DNA of 64,000 bases. Source: an uncultured Chloroflexia bacterium. GTDB taxonomy: Bacteria; Chloroflexota; Limnocylindria; Limnocylindrales; CSP1-4. Shown here piece after piece: positions 51,777 to 62,217 of the stretch. Location of the stretch: assembly GCA_963729175.1 (NCBI GenBank), contig CAVSMY010000010.1, positions 491,262 to 555,261 on the forward strand, written 5' to 3'. A model generated the notes under the pieces. The model was not told the origin of the DNA. It was given only the letters and a program-made list of their open reading frames with translations, and did no database searches. The translations under genes and the position numbers were made by a program. The first letter of the stretch is position 1, and each line of letters starts with the position of its first letter.

Positions 51777-53081
51777 TCAGACGAGCTGCGCGAAGACCTC
51801 GTTCGAGAGGAGCCGGCCGCGGGTCGTGAGCCGGACACGATCGTCGACGATCTCGAGCAGACCGCCGGCCAGCGCCTCCGCCGTGATGGCGTCGAGGGGC
51901 GGCCGACCGACCCATGCCGCGGGCACGCCGATGGTCAGGCGGAGCCCGAGGATGACCGCCTCGGCATCCGCTGTCCTGGGGTCGAGCGTCTCGCTCCCGC
52001 CCGGCGGCAGGTCGGGCGTCGAGCCGACGGGTGGCGTGAGGGCCCGAAGGTACGGCTCGAGACGGGCGGCGTTCCATCGCCGGACGCGTCCGTCGAAGGC
52101 ATGGGCACCGGGTCCCACGGCCTCATGGGACCGGCGCTCCCAGTAGGCCAGGTTGTGACGGCTCGCATGACCCGGTCGGGCCGCGTTGCTGATCTCGTAC
52201 CACGCGAACCCGGCCGCGCGAAGGCGGTCGTCGGCGAGCAGATAGGCATCGGCCGCGCGGTCCTCGTCCTGCTCGGACCGCGCCCGTTCACGCCAGCGCC
52301 GCGCGCCCGGACGCGTCGGCAGGTGGTCGCCGGTCGGCCCGGTGAGACCCTCCGCATCGGGGTCGTCGAGCGTCAGGGCATAGAGCGACAGATGGTCCGG
52401 CTCGAGCTCGATCGCGCCATCGAGCGTCCGCGCCCACGAGCCGGGCGTCTGGCCGGGGACGTCGTACAGGAGGTCGAGGCTGACCGAGGCGATGCCGGCG
52501 GCCCGAGCCTCGGCGACAGCGGCGGCGACGTCCGCCGGGCTGTGTCGCCGACCGAGGCGACGGAGCTCCGCCGGATCGAGCGATTGAGCCCCGATCGAGA
52601 GCCGGGTGACCCCGGCCGCGCGCCACGCCCGGGCGTCACCGCGCTCGTCCGGGCCCGGGTTCGCCTCGAGCGTCACCTCCGCGTCCGACGCCATCCCGAA
52701 CCGGCCGTCGACGAGCCTGAGCAGGCGGCCGACATCGCCCGGCGCCAGCAGGGATGGCGTGCCACCGCCCAGGTAGACGCTCTCGAGGGCCGGCCGGAAG
52801 TCCGTGCCGGGCGGTCCCCAGAGGGCCGCGGCGGCATCGGCCCGAGCGCCGATCTCGGCAATCAGGGCGTCGACGAACGCTCCGATCCGGGCTCCGGGTC
52901 CACGGGTCGCCGAACCGGCCACCACGACGAAGTCGCAATACGGACAGATCGACACGCAGAACGGGACGTGGACGTAGAGGGCGACTGGTGGTCGTCCCTC
53001 GAGCGGGTCGGCGAGAAGCGGCGCCGCGAGGCTCAGGCCCGGCAGGGCGGGCGCCGTGAGGTCGGCCGTCCGGCCGGTCAC
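51777..53081 (-). CDS. hemW: Radical SAM heme chaperone HemW
   Basis: YVHVPFCVSICPYCDF, GGGTPS, EANP, YEISN, HNLAYW; GTGA overlap; lepA-hrcA context. Confidence 0.92.
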   Translation of the reverse strand: MTGRTADLTAPALPGLSLAAPLLADPLEGRPPVALYVHVPFCVSICPYCDFVVVAGSATRGPGARIGAFVDALIAEIGARADAAAALWGPPGTDFRPALESVYLGGGTPSLLAPGDVGRLLRLVDGRFGMASDAEVTLEANPGPDERGDARAWRAAGVTRLSIGAQSLDPAELRRLGRRHSPADVAAAVAEARAAGIASVSLDLLYDVPGQTPGSWARTLDGAIELEPDHLSLYALTLDDPDAEGLTGPTGDHLPTRPGARRWRERARSEQDEDRAADAYLLADDRLRAAGFAWYEISNAARPGHASRHNLAYWERRSHEAVGPGAHAFDGRVRRWNAARLEPYLRALTPPVGSTPDLPPGGSETLDPRTADAEAVILGLRLTIGVPAAWVGRPPLDAITAEALAGGLLEIVDDRVRLTTRGRLLSNEVFAQLV

Positions 53082-53866
53082 CGGTCGCGCGTCGGCGCCT
53101 CGTGGCCGTCGCGCGCGCCGATGACCCGCCAGCCCGGCGGGATGAGGTGGCGCCGGAGCTTCTCCTCGTCCTCGGTCCCGCGGGGCGCGACCTGGCCGGC
53201 GTGGCCGGTGACGAGGAAGACCGCGAACCGGGTGATCGTATGGCCGATGAACGCCGCCCCGATCGCGCCCGTCACGACGGTCAGCCAACCACCGAGGAGG
53301 CCGATGCCGAGGGACAGGAACAGCATGTACGGGACCCGACCCGGCGCCCCGGTCCGGGTCGCGAGGGTGTAAAGGAGGGCCTGGGTCACGACGGCCAGCC
53401 ACGGCTCCATGCCCGCCAGGAGCAGGAAGCCCAGGACGATGCCACGGAACGTCGCCTCGTCGATGAACGCGGTCAGACCCGAGTTGATGAGGGCGGTCGG
53501 GTACGAGCCGGCATCGGGGAAACGGACCCGCCGATAGCGGATGAACGCGTAGGCCAGCGCCTGGGCCGTGCCGAGGACGGCGTACAGGAAGCCGAGGACG
53601 ATCGCATCCCGACGATCGCCGAGAGTCAGATGGAAGTCCGTTTCGGGCGCAGGCGCGACGAACATGACGAGGGCGATGAGCAGGATCCCGACGAGGTACC
53701 AGGAGAGCCGACGCCGGAGCGGCGGCCGGACCCCCTCGGTCATCTCGTCGTATTCGGCCGCGCCGAACCGTTCCGCGTCGAACCGGAGGATCACCAGGAG
53801 CAGCCCGAGCCCGAGCGTGACGAGCATCAGCAGCTCGGGCGGCACGCCGTCGAGGAAGTCCGGCAT
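53078..53866 (-). CDS. CPBP (Abi/CAAX) family intramembrane protease
   Basis: DEATFRG, TGAIGAAFIGH, multiple TM. Confidence 0.75.
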   Translation of the reverse strand: MPDFLDGVPPELLMLVTLGLGLLLVILRFDAERFGAAEYDEMTEGVRPPLRRRLSWYLVGILLIALVMFVAPAPETDFHLTLGDRRDAIVLGFLYAVLGTAQALAYAFIRYRRVRFPDAGSYPTALINSGLTAFIDEATFRGIVLGFLLLAGMEPWLAVVTQALLYTLATRTGAPGRVPYMLFLSLGIGLLGGWLTVVTGAIGAAFIGHTITRFAVFLVTGHAGQVAPRGTEDEEKLRRHLIPPGWRVIGARDGHEAPTRDR

Positions 53867-53872
53867 CGCGGG

Positions 53873-55681
53873 CTAGGCCTGGTCCATCCGGAGCATCGCC
53901 AGGAACGCCTCCTGTGGGATCTCGACGGAGCCGACCCGCTTCATCCGCGACTTGCCCTCTTTCTGCTTCTCGAGCAGCTTGCGCTTGCGGGTGATGTCCC
54001 CACCGTAGCACTTCGCCAACACGTTCTTGCGCATCGCCCGGATCGTCTCGCGGGCGATCACCCGGCTCCCGACGGCCGCCTGGATCGGGACCTCGAACAT
54101 CTGGCGCGGGATCAGCTCCTTGAGCTTGTCCACGAGAGCCCGGCCGACGAACGCCGCCTTGTCGCGGTGGGTGATGAGCGACAGCGCATCGACCGGCTCG
54201 CCGTTCACGAGGACATCGACCTTCACCAGGTCCGCCTCGCGTGATCCGATCTCCTCATAGTCCATCGAGGCGTACCCCGCGGTCCGACTCTTCAGCTGGT
54301 CGTAGAAGTCGACGATCAGCTCGGCCAGGGGCATCTCGAAGGTCATCAGGACCCGGGTCGGGTCGAGGTACTCCATCCCGAGGAACGCCCCGCGGCGGCT
54401 CGTCGAGAGCTCCATCAGCGCCCCGATGTACGACGACGGGGTCACGATCGACAGCCTCACCCAGGGTTCCTCGATCGCCTCGATGTCTCCGACCGGCGGG
54501 AACCTGGCGGGGTTGTCGACCGTGACGACGGTGCCGCCGAGGAGCCGGACCCGGTACTCGACCGACGGCGCCGAGGCGATCAGGTCGAGGTCGAACTCGC
54601 GCTCGAGGCGCTCCTGGACGATCTCCATGTGGAGCAGCCCGAGGAACCCGCAGCGGAACCCGAATCCGAGGGCGGCCGAGCTCTCCGGCTCGTAGGTGAT
54701 GCTCGCGTCGTTGAGGTGGAGCTTCTCGATGGCGTCCCGCAGCAGCGGGTAGTCCTCACCGGACAGCGGATACAGCCCGGCGAAGACGAGGCTCTTGGCC
54801 GCCTGGTAGCCGGGCAGCGGTTCGCTGGCGGATCGGCGGGCGGTGGTGATCGTGTCGCCGACCTGGGCGTCGCGGACGCTCTTCAGGCCGGTCGCGACAT
54901 AGCCGACCTCGCCGGCGACGAGCCGCTCCATCGGCACGAGCTGGGGCCGGAAGACGCCGAGCTCGAGGAGCTCTCCGGTCGCACCCGAGGCCATCAGCCT
55001 GATCGTGTCGCGGTCGTGGAGCGTGCCCTCGGCCAGACGGACGTAGACGACCACGCCCTTGTAGGCGTCATAGTGCGAGTCGAAGACGAGCGCCCGGAGG
55101 GGAGCGGCGGGATCGCCCTTCGGCGCCGGGATGCGCTCGACGATCGCCTCGAGGATCTCGTCGATGCCGGTCCCTTCCTTCGCCGAGGCGAGGATCACCT
55201 CCTCGCGCGGGATCGCCAGGACCGTCTCGAGCTCCTCCATCACGACCTCCGGCTGGGCCGACGGGAGGTCGATCTTGTTGATGACCGGCACGATGACCAG
55301 GCCCTCGCGGAGGGCCAGGTGGACGTTCGCGAGCGTCTGGGCCTCGATCCCCTGGGCCGCGTCGACGACGAGGATCGCGCCCTCGCACGCCTGGAGGCTC
55401 CGGCTGACCTCGTAGCTGAAGTCGACGTGACCCGGGGTGTCGATGAGGTTCAGGGCGTAGCGCTTGCCGTCGCGGGCGGTGTGCTCGAGGCGGACCGCGC
55501 GGGCCTTGATGGTGATGCCCTTTTCGCGCTCGAGGTCCATCGAGTCGAGCACCTGGCTCGTCATCTGCCGCGGATCGATCGTGTGGGTCGTCTCGAGGAG
55601 GCGGTCGGCGAGGGTCGACTTGCCGTGATCGATGTGGGCGATGATCGAGAAGTTGCGCAGGCGGTCCTGGGGGATGGTCAC
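53873..55681 (-). CDS. lepA: Elongation factor 4
   Basis: [56 protein letters not shown]. Confidence 0.99.
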   Translation of the reverse strand: MTIPQDRLRNFSIIAHIDHGKSTLADRLLETTHTIDPRQMTSQVLDSMDLEREKGITIKARAVRLEHTARDGKRYALNLIDTPGHVDFSYEVSRSLQACEGAILVVDAAQGIEAQTLANVHLALREGLVIVPVINKIDLPSAQPEVVMEELETVLAIPREEVILASAKEGTGIDEILEAIVERIPAPKGDPAAPLRALVFDSHYDAYKGVVVYVRLAEGTLHDRDTIRLMASGATGELLELGVFRPQLVPMERLVAGEVGYVATGLKSVRDAQVGDTITTARRSASEPLPGYQAAKSLVFAGLYPLSGEDYPLLRDAIEKLHLNDASITYEPESSAALGFGFRCGFLGLLHMEIVQERLEREFDLDLIASAPSVEYRVRLLGGTVVTVDNPARFPPVGDIEAIEEPWVRLSIVTPSSYIGALMELSTSRRGAFLGMEYLDPTRVLMTFEMPLAELIVDFYDQLKSRTAGYASMDYEEIGSREADLVKVDVLVNGEPVDALSLITHRDKAAFVGRALVDKLKELIPRQMFEVPIQAAVGSRVIARETIRAMRKNVLAKCYGGDITRKRKLLEKQKEGKSRMKRVGSVEIPQEAFLAMLRMDQA

Positions 55682-55955
55682 GGGGGCGGAGTCTAGCGGG
55701 TCGGCCTGATGTGGCTGCTACGCTCGAGCCTCAGGCGAACGGTGTCCGGTGCGCTTCGGACCCAGGAGGGGCCGCGGTGGATGTCTCCGGAGTCTACGTA
55801 TCGAAGGTCGCCACGGGCGATCGGAAACCCCCTGGCAGCTGACGCTGCCCTTCAAGGAACTCTGGGTCTTTGATCGCGCATACGAGATGGCTACGGAATA
55901 GCGACACGATCACCCGGGTGGGGGCCTAAGCGGACGGGCAGCCGCCGGGCCAGGA

Positions 55956-57290
55956 TCAGGCGCGGGCGCCCCGGAGCGAGCCGCGATGCGACAGGGCGTC
56001 GACGCTGACCGCCGCGAGGAGCACCAGGCCCGTGATGATGAGCTGGTACTGGATCGGCAGGCCGAGCAGGTACAGGCCGTTGTAGATCGCCCCGATCACG
56101 AGGCCGCCGAGGACTCCATCCAGGGCCCGACCGCGACCGCCGTACAGGCTCGTCCCGCCGATCACCGCCGCCGCGACGGCGTACAGGACCAGCTGCCCGC
56201 CGTTGATGTTCGTCGTCATACCACCGAGCGACGAGCAATAGATGACCCCGGCCAGGCCGGCGGTCGCGGAGCACAAGACGAAGGCGAGCGTCCGGACGCG
56301 GGGGACGCTGATGCCCGCCCGGCGAGCCGCCTCGGCGTTGCCGCCGACCGCGTAGATATGCCGCCCGAACGGCGTCCGCTCGAGCAGGATCGTCCAGGCG
56401 CCGAGGACGAAGATCACGAGCGGGATGACGTACGGCACCCCGACGATCGGGAGGAACTGACCGCGGTCCAGGTTGCAGATCGCGACGACCGTGATGCCGG
56501 CCGCCGCCATGAGGACGATCTTCGCGACCGTCAGCCCGACCGGCGGCGCGACGAGCCCGCTCCGACGCCGCCCCGTGTCACGGCGCCAGATCGCCGTCCC
56601 GACGACCAGGAGGAGGATGGCGAGCCCGATCCACGCGACGACCGGGTCGATGTAGCCATAGACGATGCCGTAGAGAGCCTGCTGGTTCGGCAGGTCCCCG
56701 GTGATGCTCACCCCGCCCGCCGTGCCGAGGATGACGATCATCACCCCGAACCAGATGAGGTAGCCCGCCAGGGTGACGACGAAGGCGGGGATCCCGAGAC
56801 GGGTGATGATCGTGCCCTGGAGGGCGCCGATGACGCCGCAGACGACGACGCCGGCGATGATCGCGATCCACCACGGGAGGTTGGGCGTGGGCTGGACCAG
56901 CTGGGCCGCGACGATCCCGCCGATCGCGGCCACGTAGCCGATCGACAGGTCGATCTCACCGAGGAGCAGGACGAAGCCGACACCCATCGCGAGGACGATG
57001 AAGACGGCGCTCTGGTCGAACAGGTTGACGAGGTTCACCGGCGACAGGAACACGTGGTTCGGGCTGACGACGGTGAAGACGATCGTCACTGCGAGGAGCG
57101 CGGCGACCACGGGCAGGGAGCCGGCATCGCCACCGCGCACCCGTGCAACCCAGGCGCGCAGATACTCGTCCAGCGTCTGGGCCGCGACGGCCGGTGGCAG
57201 GACGTCGACCGCTGCGGCCGTCAGATCCGGCTCGATCTCGTCCGCCGCGAGCCCATCAACCGGGAGGGGCTCTCCGTCGATCGCGCTCAT
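55956..57290 (-). CDS. Sugar ABC transporter permease (XylH-like)
   Basis: GEIDLSIG, IPAFVVTL, GGNAEAARRAGI, AAVIGGTSL. Confidence 0.93.
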   Translation of the reverse strand: MSAIDGEPLPVDGLAADEIEPDLTAAAVDVLPPAVAAQTLDEYLRAWVARVRGGDAGSLPVVAALLAVTIVFTVVSPNHVFLSPVNLVNLFDQSAVFIVLAMGVGFVLLLGEIDLSIGYVAAIGGIVAAQLVQPTPNLPWWIAIIAGVVVCGVIGALQGTIITRLGIPAFVVTLAGYLIWFGVMIVILGTAGGVSITGDLPNQQALYGIVYGYIDPVVAWIGLAILLLVVGTAIWRRDTGRRRSGLVAPPVGLTVAKIVLMAAAGITVVAICNLDRGQFLPIVGVPYVIPLVIFVLGAWTILLERTPFGRHIYAVGGNAEAARRAGISVPRVRTLAFVLCSATAGLAGVIYCSSLGGMTTNINGGQLVLYAVAAAVIGGTSLYGGRGRALDGVLGGLVIGAIYNGLYLLGLPIQYQLIITGLVLLAAVSVDALSHRGSLRGARA

Positions 57291-58144
57291 GCGTCGGTCG
57301 TCGTGGGCGTGGGAGCCGGACCGGTGGCGGCCCGATGCGACGCCCCGGTCGTCATGTAGTCCACGACGGACTGGCGATCGAAGGCCGAGAGCGCGTCCTG
57401 GGCGACCATCCGGCCGAGGTTGAGGATGGCGATCCGGTCGGCGACTTCGAAGACGTCGTTGAGGTTATGGGAGATGACCATGACCGCCAGGCCATGGTCC
57501 TTGAGCCGCTTGATGAGGTCGAGGACCATCCGTGTCTGGGCGACGCCGAGGGCCGCCGTCGGCTCGTCGAGCATGACGAGCTTCGAGTTCCACATGACGG
57601 CCTTCGCGACCGCGACCGCCTGGCGCTGGCCGCCGGACAGGGTGGAGACCGGCTGGCGGATCGAACGAACGGTGGTCACCCGCAGGCCGGCGAGGGTCTC
57701 GCCTGCGGCGCGCTCCATGCTGTCCTCGTCGAGCAGCCCGCGGCTCAAGCGCTCCCGGCCGAGGAACATGTTCTGGACGATGTCGAGATTGTCGGCGAGC
57801 GCCAGGTCCTGGTAGACGGTCTCGATCCCGAGCGCGGACGCGTCATTCGGTGTCCGGATGTGGACCGGCTGGCCCTCCCAGAAGATCTGGCCCGCGTCGG
57901 GGACATTGATCCCCGCGATCGTCTTGGTGAGGACCGACTTGCCGGCGCCGTTGTCGCCGCATAGCGCGGTGACCTGGGCCCGCGGCAGGTCGAGGTCGAC
58001 CCCGAACAGCGCCTGGACCGCGCCGAAGTGCTTGCTGATCCCCCGAAGTCGGAGCAGTGGCTCGTTCGCGGCGGCCGCAAGAGCGGCCGCCGGTGTCGTC
58101 GATGTCGTGGCTGAGGGGGTGGTGTCTGGCATCACATCGGCCAT
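57287..58144 (-). CDS. Sugar ABC transporter ATP-binding protein
   Basis: GDNGAGKS, VYQDLAL, LSGGQRQ, LDEPTAALG. Start at 58144 or 58132. Confidence 0.92.
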   Translation of the reverse strand: MADVMPDTTPSATTSTTPAAALAAAANEPLLRLRGISKHFGAVQALFGVDLDLPRAQVTALCGDNGAGKSVLTKTIAGINVPDAGQIFWEGQPVHIRTPNDASALGIETVYQDLALADNLDIVQNMFLGRERLSRGLLDEDSMERAAGETLAGLRVTTVRSIRQPVSTLSGGQRQAVAVAKAVMWNSKLVMLDEPTAALGVAQTRMVLDLIKRLKDHGLAVMVISHNLNDVFEVADRIAILNLGRMVAQDALSAFDRQSVVDYMTTGASHRAATGPAPTPTTTDA

Positions 58145-58149
58145 TCGGA

Positions 58150-58180
58150 GTGTCGCACCCGCCGAAGGCGGATGCGACAC
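58150..58180 (-). other. Strong intercistronic hairpin after the binding-protein gene
   Basis: GTGTCGCATCCGCC-TTC-GGCGGGTGCGACAC without a U tail; typical position of an mRNA-stabilising stem. Confidence 0.65.
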
Positions 58181-58234
58181 CGTTGCTGAGTCGCCCGAGC
58201 ATCGACTCGAGCGTCGTGTGGCTAGCCCTGATGG

Positions 58235-59554
58235 TTACTGGATGCCAGCCGCCGTGCAGACGCTGGCACCCACGGCGGCGCAGAGGTCGGAGGCCTTGAT
58301 CACGCCGTCCTTGATGACCGTGGACTCCATGTTCGCGGCGTTGACCCACGTCGGGACGAGGAGCACGGCCGGCTCGGTCGTCGAGGGATTCGCCGGATCG
58401 GCGGTCGTGCCATTGAGCAGCCCGGACGGCGGAGTCTGGCCAGCGCGCAGGTACGACGCGAGTGCGACGGCTGCCTGGGCCTCGACGTAGATCGGCTTGT
58501 AGACCGACCCGCACTGCCAATCCTGCAAGACGAACTCAAAGCCTTGCAGGGTGGCATCCTGCCCGGTCGTGGGGATCTTCTTCGCGGGTACGCCGGCCGC
58601 CTTGAGGGCAGCGATCACCACGCCAGCCAGGCCGTCATTGGCCTCCACCGTCGCGTTGATCGCCTTGTTCGCGGTGTAGGCCTGCTGGAAGATGTTCCCA
58701 CCCTGTGCGATCGTCCAGCCCGGGGTGATCGCCTCGCCGACGAGGGTCATACCCTGGCTGTTCGTCGCGCCAGCCGCGACCTGCTTGACCTCCTGGCCCC
58801 AGATCGCGTTGTTGTAGCCCTTCGCGAAGTCGATCGCGTTGGGGTCGGTGTCCTGGCCGCCGTCAAGCTCGAAGACCATCGGGCTCGCGACCGCCCAGTC
58901 CGTGACGCACTGGAGGAAGCCCTTGCCGATCTGATCGCCGACGGCGACGTTGTCGAAGCTGACGTAGTACGTGTCCGTGCCCTGGAACGTGGCCCGGTCG
59001 TAGCTGATCATCTTGACGCCGGCCGCCGCGGCCGCCGACTGGATCGCCTTGCCGGTGTTGCTGTCGAGCGGGTCGACGACCAGGACCTTGGCGCCGGCGG
59101 CGATGTCCGCCTGGGCCAGGGCGAGCTCGGTGGTGGTCGTGCCGGCGGCGTTGTCGATCTTGAAATCCGTGGCTGCGTAGCCGGCGGCCTGGAAGGCAGC
59201 CGTGAGGTCCGGCAGGTCATAGCTCGTATAGCGAGCCGAGGTCGTGGTGTCCGGAAGGATCACGCCGACTTTGCCCGAGCCGGCGCTGAAGACGTCCTTC
59301 AGCTGCGCCATCGCGGAGTAGGACGAATCGAACGAGTCGATGGTGAGCCCGCCGCTGCTCGCGGCTGCGCTCGGTGATGCGCTTGCAGCGGGACTCGGAG
59401 ACTCGCTCGCTGCTGCGCTCGGTGATGCGCTGGCAGCGGGACTCGGAGATTTGCTCGCTGCTGCACTCGGTGATGGGGTGGCGCCGCTCGAACAGGCCGA
59501 GACGGCGATGGCTGCGATGCCCACTGCAGCCAGGAGCCCTTTGCGAACCGACAT
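58235..59554 (-). CDS. Sugar ABC substrate-binding lipoprotein (XylF-like)
   Basis: Lipobox VSAC, SPSAAAS linker repeats, ISYDR, YVSFDN, ANDG, TGQDA, SVYKP. Confidence 0.92.
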   Translation of the reverse strand: MSVRKGLLAAVGIAAIAVSACSSGATPSPSAAASKSPSPAASASPSAAASESPSPAASASPSAAASSGGLTIDSFDSSYSAMAQLKDVFSAGSGKVGVILPDTTTSARYTSYDLPDLTAAFQAAGYAATDFKIDNAAGTTTTELALAQADIAAGAKVLVVDPLDSNTGKAIQSAAAAAGVKMISYDRATFQGTDTYYVSFDNVAVGDQIGKGFLQCVTDWAVASPMVFELDGGQDTDPNAIDFAKGYNNAIWGQEVKQVAAGATNSQGMTLVGEAITPGWTIAQGGNIFQQAYTANKAINATVEANDGLAGVVIAALKAAGVPAKKIPTTGQDATLQGFEFVLQDWQCGSVYKPIYVEAQAAVALASYLRAGQTPPSGLLNGTTADPANPSTTEPAVLLVPTWVNAANMESTVIKDGVIKASDLCAAVGASVCTAAGIQ

Positions 59555-60072
59555 TGGATGCATGTCCTCCGTGAGGGTCATGCCCAAGCTCCCAAGCGCG
59601 AACGGAAGACGCGAACGGTCGCGCGGCGGATCACCGCCTTGGCCGTCGGATCCTCGGTCCGGCGGCGTTCTCGGGTCGGGGGATGTCTGCTGGCGGGTCG
59701 GCGATGGCCTCGGGATCGGGTGTGGCGTACAGCCGTGCCTGGGGTGCTTGAGCGGCTGTCGATCGCCTCATCGGACGGAGCGAGATGTGGCTCCGATCGA
59801 TGACGTGGTCGGCTCCCATGGGCGCGTCACCGGCGACCGTGTCCCCAGGGGCCGACGCATCGTGTGCCCACGAGCGAGGTGAGGGTGCACCCGTTCTCGC
59901 AGGTCGTCAAACGTCGGGTCCGTGGGTCTACGTCGGCCGCGAGGCGAGCTGGTCGATCCGGCACGGCGCGACGGGCACGACGGCGGCCATCTGGTACCAT
60001 GCGTCGTCGCGCCGCACGCCCATCTCGCGGGTCGGCGTCGAACACCAGCCCACGCACCAGAGGTCGACACCC

Positions 60073-60765
60073 TTGGCCAAGACGCCCCGCACCTGGACGG
60101 GTGCCCGCACCCCGTCGGGTCTGAAGCGGGTCCGCAACGCCGAGCGCCGCCACGCGATCCTCCAGCCGCGCCGCAGCGCCGCCAAGACGCTCGTGAAGAA
60201 CGCCGTCACCGTCGCCACCACCCAGCCCGAGGGCGCCGATCCGGCGGTCGCGTTGGCCGAAGCCCTGAGCGCCCTCGACCGCGCCGCGAAGGTCGGCGCG
60301 ATCCATCCGAACCAGGCCGCCCGTCGCAAGTCCCGCCTGACTCGGACGGTCAACGCCGCGCTCGGCGGCGTGCCCGTGACCGGGACGACGAAGGTGGTGA
60401 AGACCACGGGCACGGCTGCCGCAGCGAAGGCCGCGAAGGCCCGCATCGCGGCCGGCAAGGCGGCCAAGGCCAAGGGCGCCCAGACGGCGGCCGGCAAGGC
60501 CCGCGCGGCGCTGTCGAAGACGGCCCGCTCGGAGACGGCCGCCGCAGCGCCCGCGGCGGAGACGGTCGAGGCGCCGGCGCCCGCCGCGAAGGCGAAGGCC
60601 CCCGCCAAGACGACCAAGGCGGCAAAGACGACCGCGACCAAGGCCGCGAGCACGAAGGCGACTGCGACGAAGTCCGCGACCACGAAGGCGTCCGCGTCGA
60701 AGTCGACGACCGCCGCGAAGGCCCCGCCGAAGAGCCGCTCGACGAAGGCCGCTTCGACGAAGTAA
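60073..60765 (+). CDS. rpsT: 30S ribosomal protein bS20 with long Ala/Lys/Thr-rich C-terminal tail
   Basis: TTG start; SGLKRVR...SAAKTLVK...LDRAAKVGAIHPNQAARRKSRL. Confidence 0.9.
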   Translation: MAKTPRTWTGARTPSGLKRVRNAERRHAILQPRRSAAKTLVKNAVTVATTQPEGADPAVALAEALSALDRAAKVGAIHPNQAARRKSRLTRTVNAALGGVPVTGTTKVVKTTGTAAAAKAAKARIAAGKAAKAKGAQTAAGKARAALSKTARSETAAAAPAAETVEAPAPAAKAKAPAKTTKAAKTTATKAASTKATATKSATTKASASKSTTAAKAPPKSRSTKAASTK

Positions 60766-60792
60766 GCCCGTCGCCCCCGATCGGACAGCAGA

Positions 60793-60820
60793 ACGCCCCG
60801 GGCGATCCCGCCCGGGGCGT
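60793..60820. terminator. Hairpin between convergent genes
   Basis: ACGCCCCGGGCG-ATCC-CGCCCGGGGCGT. Confidence 0.7.
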
Positions 60821-60843
60821 CGTGTGTCCGGAGGAGTGGAGGG

Positions 60844-62010
60844 TCAGCGGGCCCGATCGGTGCCGGTGGCGCCCGGCCCGTCTCCCTCGTCGGTGTCGCT
60901 GGTGGCGTGGCTCGGAGCGGCCTGGTAGCCCGCGTGCGAGTCATTGACGGCCTGGCTCGGAGCGGCCTGGTAGCCGGCGTGGGACTCGTCGAGGCCTGCG
61001 AGGTCCCCGGCCTGGCTCGGAGCCGCCTGGTAGCCCGCGTGCGAGTCGTTGACGGCCTGGCTCGGAGCGGCCTGGTAGCCGGCGTGGGACTCGTCGAGGC
61101 CTGCGAGGTCCCCGGCCTGGCTCGGAGCCGCCTGGTAGCCGGCGTGCGAGTCGTTGACGGCCTGGCTCGGAGCGGCCTGGTAGCCGGCGTGGCCGGCGAA
61201 GTCCGAGCTGACCGCCTGGCTCGGCGGAGTCACATACGCATCCGGGACGGCCTGGCTCGCAGCCGCCTGATAGCCGGCGTGCGACTCGAAGGCGCTCGAG
61301 GTGGCCTGGCTCGGGGCGACGGCATAGCCCTCGTGGGAGGCGAAGTCGCTCGACGTGGCCTCGCTGCCAGCGGCGGCGTAGCCGGTGTGACCGGCGAAGT
61401 CGCTCGAGGTCGCCTGGCTCGGGGCGACGGCGTAGCCCGAGTGCCCGGCGTCGGCAGCCTGGCTGGCGGCGCTCTGGTAGCCCGCGTGGGACTCATAGCC
61501 CGGGACCAAGGACTGGGCGGCGCTCGGCGCAGCGATGTAGCCGGTATGCGAGCTGTCGACCGCGAGGCTCGGCGCGGCCTGGTAGCCGCGGTACGCCGAC
61601 GCCGGATCGGCGACCGACGAGGAGCCGAAGTGGATCGTCGGGGCCATCTGGGCACCGACGCTCGCGACGACCAGCGTCCCGAGCAGGGCGCCGGTGGCAA
61701 GGATCTTGATCTGGAGGTCGCGCGCATCCTGGATCGACGGCAGCTGGACATTGAGTGCGTGGCCGATGACGTCGTCGCCGTCGAACAGCCACACCTCCGC
61801 ACCGATCGTGTCGGTCGTGGCGTGACCCTCGACGTCCGTATCCCCGGGGTACCGGATCTCGACGCGCGGCTTCTCGCCGGACGCGATCAGGCGGGCGACC
61901 CGATCAGCGACGTCGGTCGACTCGAACGCGACCCAGGACAGCGACGCCTCGTCACCATCGAACCGGACACCGATCGCGTCCCCAGGTCGCAGTCCCAGAC
62001 TCGCGGCCAT
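60844..62010 (-). CDS. Hypothetical single-pass protein with HxGYxxAPSQA repeats
   Basis: ATG after GGAGGT; N-domain, hydrophobic segment, about 14 repeats. Confidence 0.8.
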   Translation of the reverse strand: MAASLGLRPGDAIGVRFDGDEASLSWVAFESTDVADRVARLIASGEKPRVEIRYPGDTDVEGHATTDTIGAEVWLFDGDDVIGHALNVQLPSIQDARDLQIKILATGALLGTLVVASVGAQMAPTIHFGSSSVADPASAYRGYQAAPSLAVDSSHTGYIAAPSAAQSLVPGYESHAGYQSAASQAADAGHSGYAVAPSQATSSDFAGHTGYAAAGSEATSSDFASHEGYAVAPSQATSSAFESHAGYQAAASQAVPDAYVTPPSQAVSSDFAGHAGYQAAPSQAVNDSHAGYQAAPSQAGDLAGLDESHAGYQAAPSQAVNDSHAGYQAAPSQAGDLAGLDESHAGYQAAPSQAVNDSHAGYQAAPSHATSDTDEGDGPGATGTDRAR

Positions 62011-62217
62011 CTCCGCACCTCCGAACATGTCGTCAAGCAGTGGATGCTGCGGCAACGCTACAGCGCCGCGCAAGCGCCGAGCCACCGTCGCCGAGACGCG
62101 GCCGGTGTCACGTAGCCGACAGGCACGACCGGATCGGCGAGCCGGCGGCGACGCCGGCAGCCACGCAGACCGGCCCGCTCCGATCCGGACCGCACCGGAT
62201 CGCCCTGGCGACTTCTC

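Noticed and set aside
51777-54011. 744-aa radical SAM fusion in the ORF track
   Set aside because: Upstream part overlaps the CPBP gene in another frame; HemW starts at 53081
59355-59480. 48-bp repeat in the sugar-binding protein gene
   Set aside because: Ordinary Ser/Pro/Ala lipoprotein linker
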